Source: Microthyrium microscopicum (taxonomy: Eukaryota). From it: DNA of 64,000 nucleotides. A program made the position numbers and the translations under genes. A model generated the notes under the pieces. That model did no database searches. It had not been told where the DNA came from and worked only from the letters and a program-made list of their open reading frames with translations. Where the stretch lies: assembly GCA_010405405.1 (NCBI GenBank), contig MU004231.1, forward strand, positions 2,433,860-2,497,859, read 5' to 3'. This document shows positions 1-13,800 of this stretch, one piece after another (the first letter of the stretch is position 1; the number at the start of each line of letters is the position of its first letter).

Positions 1-3000
1 TATAGATATAAATTATAAACTATAGTTAGAGAGAATAAAGTTAGGCTATTCTATATACTTCTATATTTAGTTAAGGAACGTAAGAACTATTATCTATACG
101 CTTAGGTTAGGAAGGGAAACGAACTATTAGGTACGTGTTAGCCTATCTATAATAACTATAACGTAGTAGTAGATAGTCTTAAGGTAAATATAGGGTAGTA
201 AGGCGACTATAAAGTTAATAGAAATATTAGACTAAGCGTAGTTAGGTAGTAGGAATAAGTAGAAGAGACCTTACTTCTTTTACTTAACTAGTTTAGAGAA
301 TACGTACTTGTATACTTTAATGTAGTACTTTACGTCCTTAGCTATATAGGGCTAGAAGTAAAATTAGTAGAGGTGCTAATATGTAGAAGCTATGTCACTA
401 TAACTTATAACCTTATAATTATATATATATATAATAGCGTAGTGTTAGAGACGTCTTATAAAGGGGATAAAAAGTTGTTATCTGTATTAAATAGTACTAT
501 TAGTAAGTACTTAGTAGTCTCTAAGTTTAATTAAATCCTTCTCTAGAATGCTATATAGTAGGTAATATAATTATACTGCCTTAAAGTTATAAATTACTTA
601 GATAAGCTTATTTAATTAGCTAGCCTTAATAATATCTTTCTATAATATCTTTAGGTTAGCTAGTATGCTATCTATCCTAGAGTAATTAATTAGCTTACCT
701 AGAATTAGGGTAGAATCCCCTATAGTTAGTTAATTAATTAGTTTACCTTTTGTAGTTAGCACGTTAACTTTATTAGTAATAATTATAGCAAGTTTAATTA
801 TTATAGGTCGTTTGCTATTAATAAGGAGAATAGTAATCTTAATAGTATATTAAGTATTATAAGAGTAAGATATCTTATAGTAGGTATTAAAGTTATAAGG
901 AGAAAGGATTAGTTATATTTATTAAGTAATCTATAAATTATTATTAGATTTTAGAAGATTTTATAATCTTTAAGTTAGCGTATCTACTTTTACGTTAGAG
1001 GGATTATTATAATATTTAATCTTAAACTAGAATTAGGAGAGAAACTCTGTCTATTAAGCTTAATAGCGAAATAGCTTTTTAGTTAATATAAAAGTACGTA
1101 AGTTAAGATAGTTAGTAAAAACTTATATAGAGTTAAAGGTTAAAAATAATTTAGGTTCCTATTCCTTAAACGCTTATATAATTATAAGTAGCTCTTTATT
1201 ATAGATATTATAATTATATTCTACTAGGGTTATCTTTTTAGAAAGAAAAGCTACTAGATAAAGCTTGCTATCTATGCCTTTTTAAGAGAGAATAGCTACT
1301 ACTACTTAGTCTAAAGCATTAATTTTAACCTAAGTCTTAGCGTTAGGGTTAAAGTAATAAAGGATTAGAGTAGTAGTAAAGGCCTTCTTTAAGGCATTAA
1401 ATGCTTATTCTTTAGGTTTAGTCTTACTCTATAGAAAGTATAATAGGACGTCCTTTTTAGTTAGCGTAGTAAGTAGTATAATAATTTTTAAGTATTCTTT
1501 AATAAAATAATAATAAAAGTTTATAAAACTAAAAAATATTTAGACGTCCTTTAGGGAGGTAGGGTAGTACTAGTTAAGTATAGCATTAATTTTCTTCTTA
1601 TCTATTTGGATTTTATTAGGTATAATAATAATACTAAGATATTTAACTAATTAGGTTATAAACTTAGATTTAGAAATATTAAGGTAGAGTCTAGCTTTTT
1701 TAAGCTTATTAAGGATTAAATAAATGTAGGTAATATGCTCCTCTTTAGTCTTATTCTAAATAAGGACGTTATTAAGGTAGACTATAATAAAGTTATTAAG
1801 GTATTTACGTATAGTGCTATTAATATAGGATTAAAAGCTTCTTAGTAATCCTATTATACTAAATAGTATTACTAAGGTTTTAAAGAGTCTATATTATATT
1901 AAGAACGTAGTTTTATATTTATCTCCTTTATAAATTTGAATGTTATTAAAGGTAGTAATAACGTTAAATTATAAGAAGAATTTTGCTTTATAGATCTTTA
2001 TTAAAGTCTCTATTAAAAGTAGTAGTACGTTTTAGTTAGTTAGTATAATTTTATTAAGTTTGTAGTAGTTAATATAGACATAAATACTATTGCTTAGTTT
2101 GCTAATGTATAATATAGATATAGCGTAGTAAGAAGTACTTAGGTAGATAAAGCTTTTTCTAAGTATATTCTTAATGTATTCCTTAATAACTTGTACTTAT
2201 TAATAAGATATGCTATAGGATTTACGTATAGGTGTTTTTATATTTAGGTTAGTAGTAATAGTATAGTTAAAACCTAGTTAATATAGTAGTAGCTTATTAG
2301 CTTAGCGGGAGTTAAATAAGGGGATATAGTAGTGAAATTCTAGTAGTATTAATTTTAGTAACTCTTCTTATGTTAGTAGGTTATAGTTAAGCTTTTTACG
2401 CTATTTAGTATAGTCTTTAGTAGAGATTGTAGCGATGCTAGCAACGTTCTACTAAGAAATAGGGTTAGGGTCTTCTTTCTTTTTTAAGGCGTTAAAGTTT
2501 TCTTAGTAAAGGGCTATAAAGTAGTAATTTTTACGCTCTATTATAGCTATAAAGACTTATAGTAATACTATATAGATATTAGGAGTGTTTTTTTATTATT
2601 TATTTATAACTACTTAACCTTTATAGTTGATAGTAATTAGGTAATAGGAAGCTATGTAGTACTTTATGTAATACTTAGAGTAGAAGCCTAATATACGTTA
2701 GCTACCTTAGAGCGTAACTTTATGTTTATTTACCTATAGGTTACTAAGGATTATGTCGTAGTTAGCGACTTTTATTATAAAGTAAAGAATCTACTTAAGG
2801 TAGATACTAATACGTAATATAATAGCTACTATGTAGGTTATCTTTATAATAGCGTAGCTATTAGCTATTTTGGCGTAGTAAGGTTTAGTTATTTCTACTA
2901 ATAGAATGCTGTGGATTTTAAAGTAATAAGGATTAATAATACTAAAAGTATTACTACCTGTATTAATTAGGACTTTTGTTTTAGTATATACGTTATTATT

Positions 3001-5941
3001 AATAAGGACATTGCTAGTAGTACTCTACTATTAGCCTATCTTTAGAATAAAATATTTTAATAATTAGTTAATAGGGACGTAGGCTGCTAATATATAGATA
3101 ATAGCTATACTTATAAAGTTGCTTTTAGTCTTAGAGTTACTTAGGTAGTTAATAATAGCCTCTATTTAACGTTTTTATTATTTATTATATACTTTTATTT
3201 TATTTAGCTCCTTTGCGTAGCGTTATAGAGAAGCGTCTAGTTTCCTTAGTCCTAGTAGTAATAATTATTATATATTAATAAGTAATTATGCTATAGGGTT
3301 AGGTTTTGTAGTTAGGTGTTATCTTACTATAGATAAATACTAGTAAGCTTAGTAGAGATATTAGAATTAGAGAGAGCTAGCTTACCCTTATACTTTAAGT
3401 TCTTATCTTTATAGTTATAACCTTATTTACTATATTAGGTATAGTGGTAGTCTCGTATTAAATATTAGTATAGAGTAACTTTATAGTATAGTATATAGTT
3501 AATTTAGTTATTAGTTTAGTTACTATTATTATTATTCTAATTGCTAAATAGCTTATTCCTATTATTAGTTTTATATTTAAGGTTTTAGTTAATAACTTAT
3601 AACTTATTAATATATTTAGTAATAGTAGTAGCTTTAGAAAGGAATAGGCACTATATAATTTCTTTAATAATTATATATTTAAGATAAGTAACCTTATCTA
3701 CTTCTATAAGGCTAGCGTTAGTAATTTTGCTATTAAACTTAGTAATATATAGAGTAAGCTTCTTAGTCTTCTTTATTTAGTTTAAGGAATTTTATAACTA
3801 GGTAATAGCGTTTTTATAAGTATTACGCTTTTAGGTATATTAATCTAGGTCCTTCTAGAACTCTATTATATTAAAGTATAGGTTTAGTAATTTATATTAC
3901 ATATAGTCCTTAATAAACCTAAGGGTAATATTAAGAGTTTTACTATATACCTAAATAGTAGCATCTAGTTTTATAGGGAAAGAGGCTTACTTATTATAAA
4001 GATAGTCTTTAACGTAGAGTTTCTACGTAGAATATTATTTAGGGTTATAACTAGAGTATTTGCCTAGATTACTCTATTTGCGTTTTTTGCTTTTACTACT
4101 AGCTAAGGATCTAGATACTATTAGGGTTAGGCTATTAGTTTAAATATAAGGGACTTATTAATAAGAGAAAAGTATTACTTACTTATTATTAGAGTTAAGT
4201 TAGTAGATATTCTTTTTAGACTTATATATAAACTAATTAAGCTAGTCTTTAAGATCTTTATTCTAGAAGTAAAGAGCTATAATCTTATTACGCTTCTTAG
4301 TATAGAAGGTATATAGTTATTTAATATTATTAAGTATTTTATTAAGTTCTTATTAATTTATATTATAGGTATTCTCTAGGTAGAGGATATATTTATTATC
4401 TTTATAGTTAGCTTTAATTACGTAGTTAAGTTGTTAGTAAAGTTGATTTGCTTTTGCGCGTACTTTATTAGCTATAACTATAGCGTTATTAAGTTTGTTA
4501 GTTATGTCTTTAATACCTTGCTTATAGTATTAGTAGGCGTTTATTATGTTATTTAGTTAGGCGTAAGTTTCTTAAGTATAGAGATTAGCTACTTAGGCTA
4601 ATTTAATATAATTGTGTAGCTATTTAAACTAAAGTTTTAGTAATATAGTAACGCTACGAAGGAATCCTTTATAAGTCTTAATAATTTCTAGATATAAGTC
4701 GCTTTAAGTATAATATATAAGTATAGGGTTTAGAGGGACGCTTTTAATAGTGTTGTTTAGAGGGATAGTTTCCTAGGCTTAGAAGGTAACTTCTTTATAA
4801 AGGAGTTATACTAAGGATACTTAATTCTTCTTATTTAGAGTAATTAATTAGTAGGTAATAAGGTAAGAAGGTATTTAGTAGTTTAATAGTAATTCTTTAA
4901 TCTAGGCTTAGTCTACTAACTAAAGAGTAGTAATTAGAGGATTAGTAAAGGATGCCTTCTCTTTACCTTTGTTTTAGAATTATAATTAGCTATAGATATA
5001 GCTACTCTTAGTAATTTCTAGAATATTAGATAGTAGAGGTGCCTTAGCTATAGAGCTATAATGAAAGTATAAGGAATTATAGCGTAAAGCTTAGCTATAG
5101 GATAGTTCTATTATAGCGTTATTATTATTACTATTAATCTAAATATAAGGTAGCATAATTATAAACTAAGTAGTATTCTAAGTTCCTAATTGTTATTACT
5201 TATAAAGATAGGACGTAGAATAGGTCTTATAGGTTTTACTAGTATCTTCTATAGTAAGATAAGGGTTTAATATAGAGTAAGTATAAGTAGTAGGCGTAGG
5301 TGCTAAGAAGTCTTAAAATAAAGTATAGATAGGTTATAAAGGTATAATAAGTAATTTAGGGAAAGGAGTAGGAGGTTTAATTTATTATAATTTGTTTTTA
5401 AGGCTTATTATAGTATAGTAAGATAAGTAAAGTCTTATTATAGGTATAGTAGTAGAGAGAAGTAGTAGTAGTAAAGGAAGATTATTAACTTATAGGTCTA
5501 GTAGAGTAGAAGTTTTAAGTTAACTAGGGTCCTTTAAGCCTTTTAATTAGACGCTAGAAGTCTGAGCTTTTAGTAAGGTTAAGGGTTAAGAGTTTGCGTA
5601 TTTGCTATGCTAGTAGGTTAGATCTACTAGGATCTAAAAATAGGATTCTATATTTATATAGGTAGATGTATTAAATCTTTAGATTTTAATACGCTGAAAA
5701 TTAGGATTGTTTTTTAAATAGTATAAGGTATTAGTTTTATATTAGGGACCTATAGGCGTAAGGGTGTAAGCTAATAGTAAATGTAATTTAAGAAAACTAA
5801 TATGAAGAATCTAAGAGAGAGGGTAAGGAATAGTTATAAGTAAGCTATACTAAATAATTCTTAGGCGCTAAGCCCTTAGTATTACGTAATAGGGGATGCT
5901 AATAATATTATAATAGAATTAATAGTAGTAGATCCGTAACA
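1..5941 (-). mobile_element. RIP-degraded Ty3/gypsy LTR retrotransposon (gag-PR-RT-RH-IN); 3' part runs off the window start
   Basis: Minus-strand relic motifs: protease VLINTG (=ALIDTG) at ~2960; RT 'FNVITTFNNIQIYKGDKYKTTF..LFKTLVILF' (=FDVIAAFNNIRIREGDEHKTAF..LFETLVMPF) at ~1860-1980; VYLNNVLI (=YLDD) at ~1770; integrase 'SNISINFIVAL' (=SDISIDFIVAL) at ~210. Domain order PR-RT-IN is gypsy-type. LTR start TGTTACGG on the minus strand at 5941. Confidence 0.85.
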
Positions 5942-8700
5942 TTAAATACCTTAAGAAAAGTATAATAATTTACTAAACTAGATATATCTTAAGTATTTTA
6001 TAAGATTTATATATATAAAGAAGATAAGTAAAAGACTACCTTTTAAATATAATATAGCTTATTTAAATAGATAATAATATTATTTAAATTATTAAATACT
6101 CTAAGTATCTTTTAAAGGTTTATTAACTCTATTCTCTAAGATATTCTAAATAACTATATTTTAGTATACTTAAATAACGTCTTAATTTTTAGCTTAGGCA
6201 CTAAAAAATAATATAAAGCTTATGTTTATAAAGTTCTTAAATAGCTATAAAAAGTAGAACTCTATCTTAATATCTAGAAATATAAATTTATAACTACTTA
6301 GATAATATATCTAAGCTATATTATTAAGGCTAAATAAGGAATCTTAATAAACTTAACTAAAGTTAAAGCAATTTAAGAATAGGACGCTTTTAGAAATATT
6401 TATAGAGTTTAAGCTTTTCTTAGCTTTATAAATTTCTATTATAGGTTTATACTAAACTTCTAAATAATTATAAAACTTCTTATTTAATTTACTTAGAAAA
6501 ATATTTTTTTTTTATTTAAGAATTTAGAGAAAGCTATATTTAAAGAGCTAAAATAGCTCTTTACTACTAACTAAATACTAGCTTTATTTAATTATAATAG
6601 AGAGACTCTTATCTATACTAACTCTTTTAATTATTCTTTTAAAGCTATATTAGTATAAAAGGATAAAATAAATAAGTTTTAACTAATAGCTTATTTCTCT
6701 AAAAAATATAATTCTACCTAAAATAATTACTTAATCTATAATAAAGAGATATTTATAATTATACTTATATTAAAAGAATAGAACTTAAAGCTATAAGTAA
6801 TAGAGAAGTTTAAAATAATATCTAATTATAAAAACCTAAAATACTTTATAAAACTATAGAAGCTTATAAAAAGGTACGTCTAATAGTTTATTAAACTTAT
6901 AAAGTATAATATAATAATTAAGTACTAACTAGGCTTATAAAATAGTATAGTAAATAGTCTCTTTTATTATAAATAAAATATACCTTAGAACGTAGCTAAT
7001 AAGAAGATCTAAGCTAGAACCTTTTAATTACTTTATACTTAAGGAAACTAATTACTTAAACTACTTTAAGCCTTACTTATTTATATTATTACTCTTTTTA
7101 TAATAGTTAAAAGTAAATTAGTAGAAACTCTATTAGCTAATAAAGCTTTAATTCTAAGTTTATTACTACTAATACTAAATATCTCTAAATTACTAATAAC
7201 CTAGTAGAATAAAGTAATATAAGTTAATAATACTTATTAAGTAGCCTATTAAATAATTAAGGCTAGTAAGTATAAATTTTCTTTATTAATTATAAATATT
7301 AAGATCTTTATTCCTAACTACTTAATTAATAGTAAAAATTACTTTTACTAAAAAGAATAATTATAGATCCTAAATCTAGAACCTTTATAAATAGTAATAC
7401 TATAAGTAATATATATATTCTTAACTTAAGGTTATTTTAGCTATAAAGATATTTATTAAGCTTTATAGCTATACTTCTTTTAGCCTAGAATTATAGCTAA
7501 TATAAAGTATTTTATAAAAAATTATAGTATATATAGCTAATTAAAAGTAAGTTATAAATAGAAAAAAGGCTTTCTAAAGTCTTTACTTATCTTAAGCTAA
7601 TAATAAAAAGAACTATTTATAGATTTTATAATAAACCTTTCTCTATTAAATAAATATATAATCTTAATAGTTATTACTAATTAGCTAAGTAAAGGAGTAA
7701 TTCTAATCCTTTTTACTTAAAGAGAAGCTAAAAATATTATAACTATCTTTTTATAATATGTTTATTTTTTTTATAGTATTTCTAACGTAATTATCTATAA
7801 TTATAATTTAGTATTTATAAAGGACTTTTAAATAAAGTTTTGCGTACTATTATAAATAGAGCTATAGCTATTAACTATATTTTACTCTTAGATTAATAGC
7901 TTTATAGAATAATAGAACTTAGATATTAAGGCTAAAGTATAAATATATATAAACTATATATAATTAAATTAGTTCTTATTAATACTAATACTCTAATTAA
8001 TACTTAACTTATAATACTTATTTATAATAAAACTTTTACCTTTCTTTTTATTCTATAGCTTTAAAAACTTTATTTTCTTAAACTTTCTTAAATAAGCCTT
8101 CTTATCTAAATAGAAAGATACTCTAAAAGAAAAGAAAAAAGAAACTACTTATATAATTTTAAAAGCTATAGAATAGACTTAAGATACTATAATCCTTGCT
8201 TAAGAAAAGATATAGAAATAAGCTAATTAAATAAGAATTTAAACGCTTAAGTATAAAGTTAGTAATTAAGTCTAATTAGATCTAAAGAATACTAAAATTA
8301 AATAAGTAAAGAAGAAGTTTAATTATTAATACTCTAAGTTTTAAGTTATAAAAGTAGTTAGCTTATATATAATTATATTAAATATACTATAGAAGATAAA
8401 GAAATTCTATATTAACCTACTTAGACTAATAATAGATAATCTATTTCTAAGTTAAGATATTAATGATTCTTATTTACTACTAATCTTAATTAAGAACTTA
8501 AATAAAGAAGAATAAGAAAAGTAGCTAGTAAAGAAGATTATAGCTAAAAAGTATAAAAAGATAATAAAAAATAAACTTTATATAGTTTATATTATTAAAT
8601 AGATAGGTTATTTAAATATAATAAAGAAACTAATTAATTTTATTAAATAATTAAAAGCTTATATAAAGTAAATTAAGAAAATAAAGTATATATAAAATAA
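5942..8700 (+). mobile_element. RIP-degraded chromovirus-type Ty3/gypsy pol fragment (RT-RNaseH-IN-chromodomain)
   Basis: Begins in frame at 5942 with LNTLRKV**FTKLDIS*VFYKI..KTTF (=LGKARWFTKLDISQAFHKI..KTAF). VYLNNVLIF (=YLDD) at ~6165. Integrase region at ~7400-8000. Chromodomain-like 'K*LVKKII..YIIK*IGY' at ~8520-8615. Confidence 0.8.
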
Positions 8701-10899
8701 TTATAAAAGATTAGTATTAAATTAATTTATTTTTTAAGTATAACTAAGATTAAAAACTAGCCCTTCTATTATAATAATTAACTCTATAGAGATATAATTA
8801 AAAGTACTATTTATAATCTATATATAGAAATACTTTTCTTTTATTTATATTAAGACTTCCTTTTCTATTAAATAAAATTAGAAAATTATAAAAATATAAG
8901 AAAATTAAAGAAATAAGACATATTTAATAAATCTTTACTACTAAGGAAGATAAACTTAAGTAATACCTTAGAGTATAGGAAGACTAAAGTAGATAGTTAA
9001 TAGTAAAGGATTCTTATTCTTTTTAGTAACTTTTTTCTTATTATTATAAGAATACTTCTTACTTAAGCTAATATTATTATTATAGATATAGTTTAAATAT
9101 ATATTATATATAAATCTTGTTTATTGTCTTTTAGCTACGCTAATAAGCTATATAGACGCTACTCTTACTTTTAGAAAAACCTCTATAGGAAAACTTATAG
9201 TATTTCTTTAGTTGCCTTCTAGTAGCCTTATTCTAGTATTATTATAATACCTTCTTAGTCTACTACTTCTAAATAGAAGGACTTATATTATCTTTCTATA
9301 AACTATAAAGCCTACTAAAGGAATTCTAGTTAGTAGGTTAATATAGTAGGTAATTAGTAGTTACTAATTACTAGGAGCCCTATATAGCTTAAGTATACTA
9401 TATGTTATATAAATTTTGTACTATACGTTAAGATCTTAATCCTTAATACTATTTCTATTACTAGTTTCTTTTTTAGGACTTATCTATTACCTAATTACTT
9501 AAAGCTATAATATTTCTTAGGATAGATTAGATTTAGCTTTTTAGCGCCTATTTCTATTTAGTATTACCTTATTATTAAGTTTTACTATTATAGTTTAATA
9601 AGTTTCTATTAATTTTCTTCTTCCTAAAGGCCTATAGCTATTATTCTTATATAGTTAACTTTCTATATAGTTTTATAATAAGTATATATAATATATATTC
9701 TTAAGTTTTTATAATTAATTTCTACTCTTAATAAGCTCTAGTATTATAGCGTTCTTTAGCTATATTAAGCCCTCTTTTTTAATACTTATTAAGTAAGGTG
9801 CTTATAATACTTCTTAACTAAGTTTTTCTTATTAATCTACGCTTTTTAATATTATATAATAGGCTACTAAATAGTAGCCTCTAAGTTTCTAGTAGTTTAT
9901 ATAGTCTACCTTTAGGGTATAAAGTATTTTAAATCTATATAGTTTTAGTTACTTTTTTTTCTTTAAGTTTCTATTATACTTTCTACTCTCTTTAAGTTCT
10001 CCTCTAAAGATAAGTCCTTTATAGGCTTTCTTTCCTTTTCTTTTTCTTACCTTTAAGTATTTAGTAAATATTTTATACTTATAAATACTCTTTTTTTATT
10101 GCCTTTAAAGAAGATAAAAACTATTTTATTTATAAATATTAAAAATTCTACTTTATTCTTAAATATAAAATTAGCTAGTCTTATTCTAGCTCTTATTATA
10201 AGTTTTTTAGTATTCTTTTATATATAGTATTAACTATTATAATATAAACTATAGATATCTTTAATATAAGAATCTATTTATACTATTTCTAAGTATTACG
10301 CTATTATATAGAGTTACTTAATAGTAAGTACCTAATTAGTTCTAATATATTTATTATAGTAATTACCTATATTTATAGTTAGGCTAGCCTTAGCTAGTAT
10401 CCTTACTTTTATTATAAAGAATAAAAGTCTAAGTATAAAGCTATAAGTATATTCTTACTTTTAATCTTCTGCCTTTTCTAATATTATAATAAAGTACTAA
10501 TAGAGTTAAAGGAGTAAAGTAAATACCTTTAATATATTTTTAATAAGGTAATAGCTAACTTAGTTAATACCTATTAGAGTATAGAGAAGAATATATTATT
10601 AAGTAATAAGGAAGAGGCTACTAAGTAGATAAAGGTTATAGATAGTTTAGTAAGTAAGTTTACTAGCTATAAGGCTTAGTTTACTTCTACTATAGTCTTA
10701 TTAGTATAGTAAAAGAAGAAAAAGTTAAAAGTTAATATATTTATACTAGATAAAGATTTAGCTTATTTATAAGCTATCTTACTAAAGCTTTATACTTAAA
10801 GTATAAAGATAAATATACTAGTAGAAATATTTTAGTTATTAAGTAAGGTAGTATTATTATTTAATAAAGAGTAGTAGATAGATATAGAATAAAATTAAT

Positions 10900-13800
10900 T
10901 ATATTTTTAGACTTAGCTATTTCTTTTATAATTATATATTACTAGCTTATTAGTATTATAATATTATAGTTAGTTATTTATAGAATCTTTAAGTCTTAGT
11001 AGTTCTTTATACGCCTTAAGGTCTATTTTTATAATCTTTTTAGTTAGCCTAAATTACTAAAGAGCTCTACTTTTTAGTAGCTATTTAGTTACTACTTAGG
11101 TATTTCTTAGATTAAAGAGTATATAGGCTTTATTTAGTATTATTACTTATTCTAATATTTTTTCTCTATAATATAGTAAATAGTTTAGTAGTATATAGTA
11201 AACTATTTATTACTAGTAGCTATATAGATACTATAGTAGGAGTATTATTAGTACTTATATACTATATAGCTAGTTATTAAATCTAATAACTTCTAATTAT
11301 ATAAGGAAGAGCGCTATTACTTATACTTTATTAAGACTATTATAAAGTTTAATTAGTTAGTTAATCTATAATATTCTTTATACTATAATAGTATACTATT
11401 ATATTTTTATAAGCTTTATCTAAGTATTTATCTAGAGTCTATAGTAATATGCCCTAATTAGGAATATTTTTAGCTCTAGTTTAGTTTTTATCTTCTTTTT
11501 CTTTTATAACGTATTATCTATTAGTTATATTACTTACTTATAGTTAGTATTCTACTTTTGCTTTATCTCTAATTTCTTCTTTTATTACTTTAGTATATTA
11601 ACTCTTTAAGTTATAACTTTAGTTATATATATTTATATTAGTTTAAGTATTATTAGATTTCTAGATTATTATTACTAAGAAGATATTCTTTAGTTTCTTA
11701 GGAGATTTATCTAGTATACTTTAGTAATAATTTTACTTATCTTTTATATTACTATTAAGTCTTTATTCTTATTAGTATATTTTTCTACTAAAACTATAGT
11801 ATTTATCTAAAGTAGTTTAACTCTTATTTCCTTATTTAATAAAATAATAAGAATTCTTTAGTATCCTTTTATTATTTTATAAAGTATATTATTCTAAACT
11901 ACTACTAATAGTTTATAATAATCTTTTAGTACCTTAAAGAATAGTAATCTTAGACTCTATACTTATACTTTATATATAAAAGTTAGCCTAATAACTACTA
12001 TATAAAGGAGCTTTATCTTTCTAAAGACTAGTCTTTATCTTAACTATACTATTCTTAAAAGTACTATTACTTACTTAAATTCTTTAATTCTAGTCTTTTT
12101 AATATAGTCTTTCTAGTTTATTCTTCTATCTACCTATATATTTAGTATCTTAATATTCTCTAATATAAGCTTAGTAAATATACTATCTATTATTATTATA
12201 GATTATAAATCTATTTCTAAGTAGTAAATATTCTAAGTAAAGTATATTATTTAGTACTTATTAAAGATAAACTTTATACTATATCTATTTACCTAGTTAG
12301 TATATTTCTAATAAGCTTCTTCTAATCTTATATAGTTCTTTTAGGTAGTATTACTCTATATAACTAATATAGTATTATTTATAAACCTAAATCTAAAGAC
12401 GTTATTACTTATATCTTAAAAGTATTCTAGTAATTCTAATATAAAGAAAAGGAAGAGAATAAATAAGAGAGAGAATTCCTAAGAGATTCTTATATTAGTT
12501 ATTATTACTAGGCTCTAGTACCTAGTAAATATAATTTAGGTTATATAATTAGTAGTAAAGCTTACTATTATATTAATTAGCTATTAGGGAACTCTCTTTA
12601 TCTCTAGAATATAAAGAAGTTTTCTTAAATTAATATTATTATATACTTCTTAAAAATTAAGGCTAAGTACTAATACTATAGCTCTTATATTTTCTTTCTA
12701 TATTACTTTAATAGTACTCTTTAGGAGCTATATTATTATTAGTATTAACTACCCTACCTTAGTTCTTATTTAGTTCTAGAGTAGTAGGTTATTATCTTCT
12801 ATAAGTTAGGTAAGTTTATTAGTAATAATCTTTTTAACTAACTTTACTATAGTATTCTTAAGAGTAATTAGCTAGTAGGCTAATAGTAGTAAGTAGTCTT
12901 TCTTATCTAGCTTTTTTAGTACTAATATATAAGATTACTTTAGATATTCTAGAATTATACTACTTATTAGCATTTTACTAATTATAGATACTAGTCTTTT
13001 ACTAAATTCTATTAGTTTTAAATTATTACTCTTCTTTTTAGGCTATACTTTAAGCTTAAGAGCCTTTAGGACCTTATTTAGTATATTAATAAGCTTTATT
13101 ACCTTATAATTTAGAAGACTACTAATTATGTAATTTATCTCTTTTATTATTACTTTATAGTTTATCTTTAGTTCTAAAGGTAAAATAGTATTCTTTATAT
13201 TACTTAGGTCTATTACCCTAATTTAAGAAAAGAACTTTATAGATAGTATATCTACTTTATCTTAGTTATTATAGATATAGTTATTACTAGTTATCTATCT
13301 AAGTATTAATAAGTATAGGTCTTTCTTTAGTTTACTAGCTTTAGCTTTTATTTATTTACTTATTCTTTATAGGCCTTAGTTCTTATAGCGTTTATAATTC
13401 TTTATAATCTTTCTTATAAAGGTTTACTAGAATACTACTTTATTCTAATATAGAGATTTCCTTAGCTAAGCTATAACTAATTTATATATATACTTATCTT
13501 AGTTATTCTTTATTTAGAGGTATTTTTACTTTATATAACGTTTTCCTTATATTAGTAAAGTAGTTATAGGTAACTATTTATATAAAGCTTACTTTAAAGG
13601 TTTTACTTTTAGGTAGTAAATCTTTAGTACTTCTATTATTACTTTATATAGAGCTTATATTAGTATATTTTTAGTATCTTATAAGCTATTATTTATATAT
13701 TTAATAAATTATTCTATATCTAGTTTTTATATATTATACTATACTTTTAGTATATACTTCTTTTATTCTAAGGTAAGCTAAATTAGTACTAGGACATAAT

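Noticed and set aside
5191..5941. Exact extent of the 5' LTR of the first gypsy element
   Set aside because: The inner end (candidate TGTTATTAC at 5191) cannot be verified without the second LTR, which lies outside the window.
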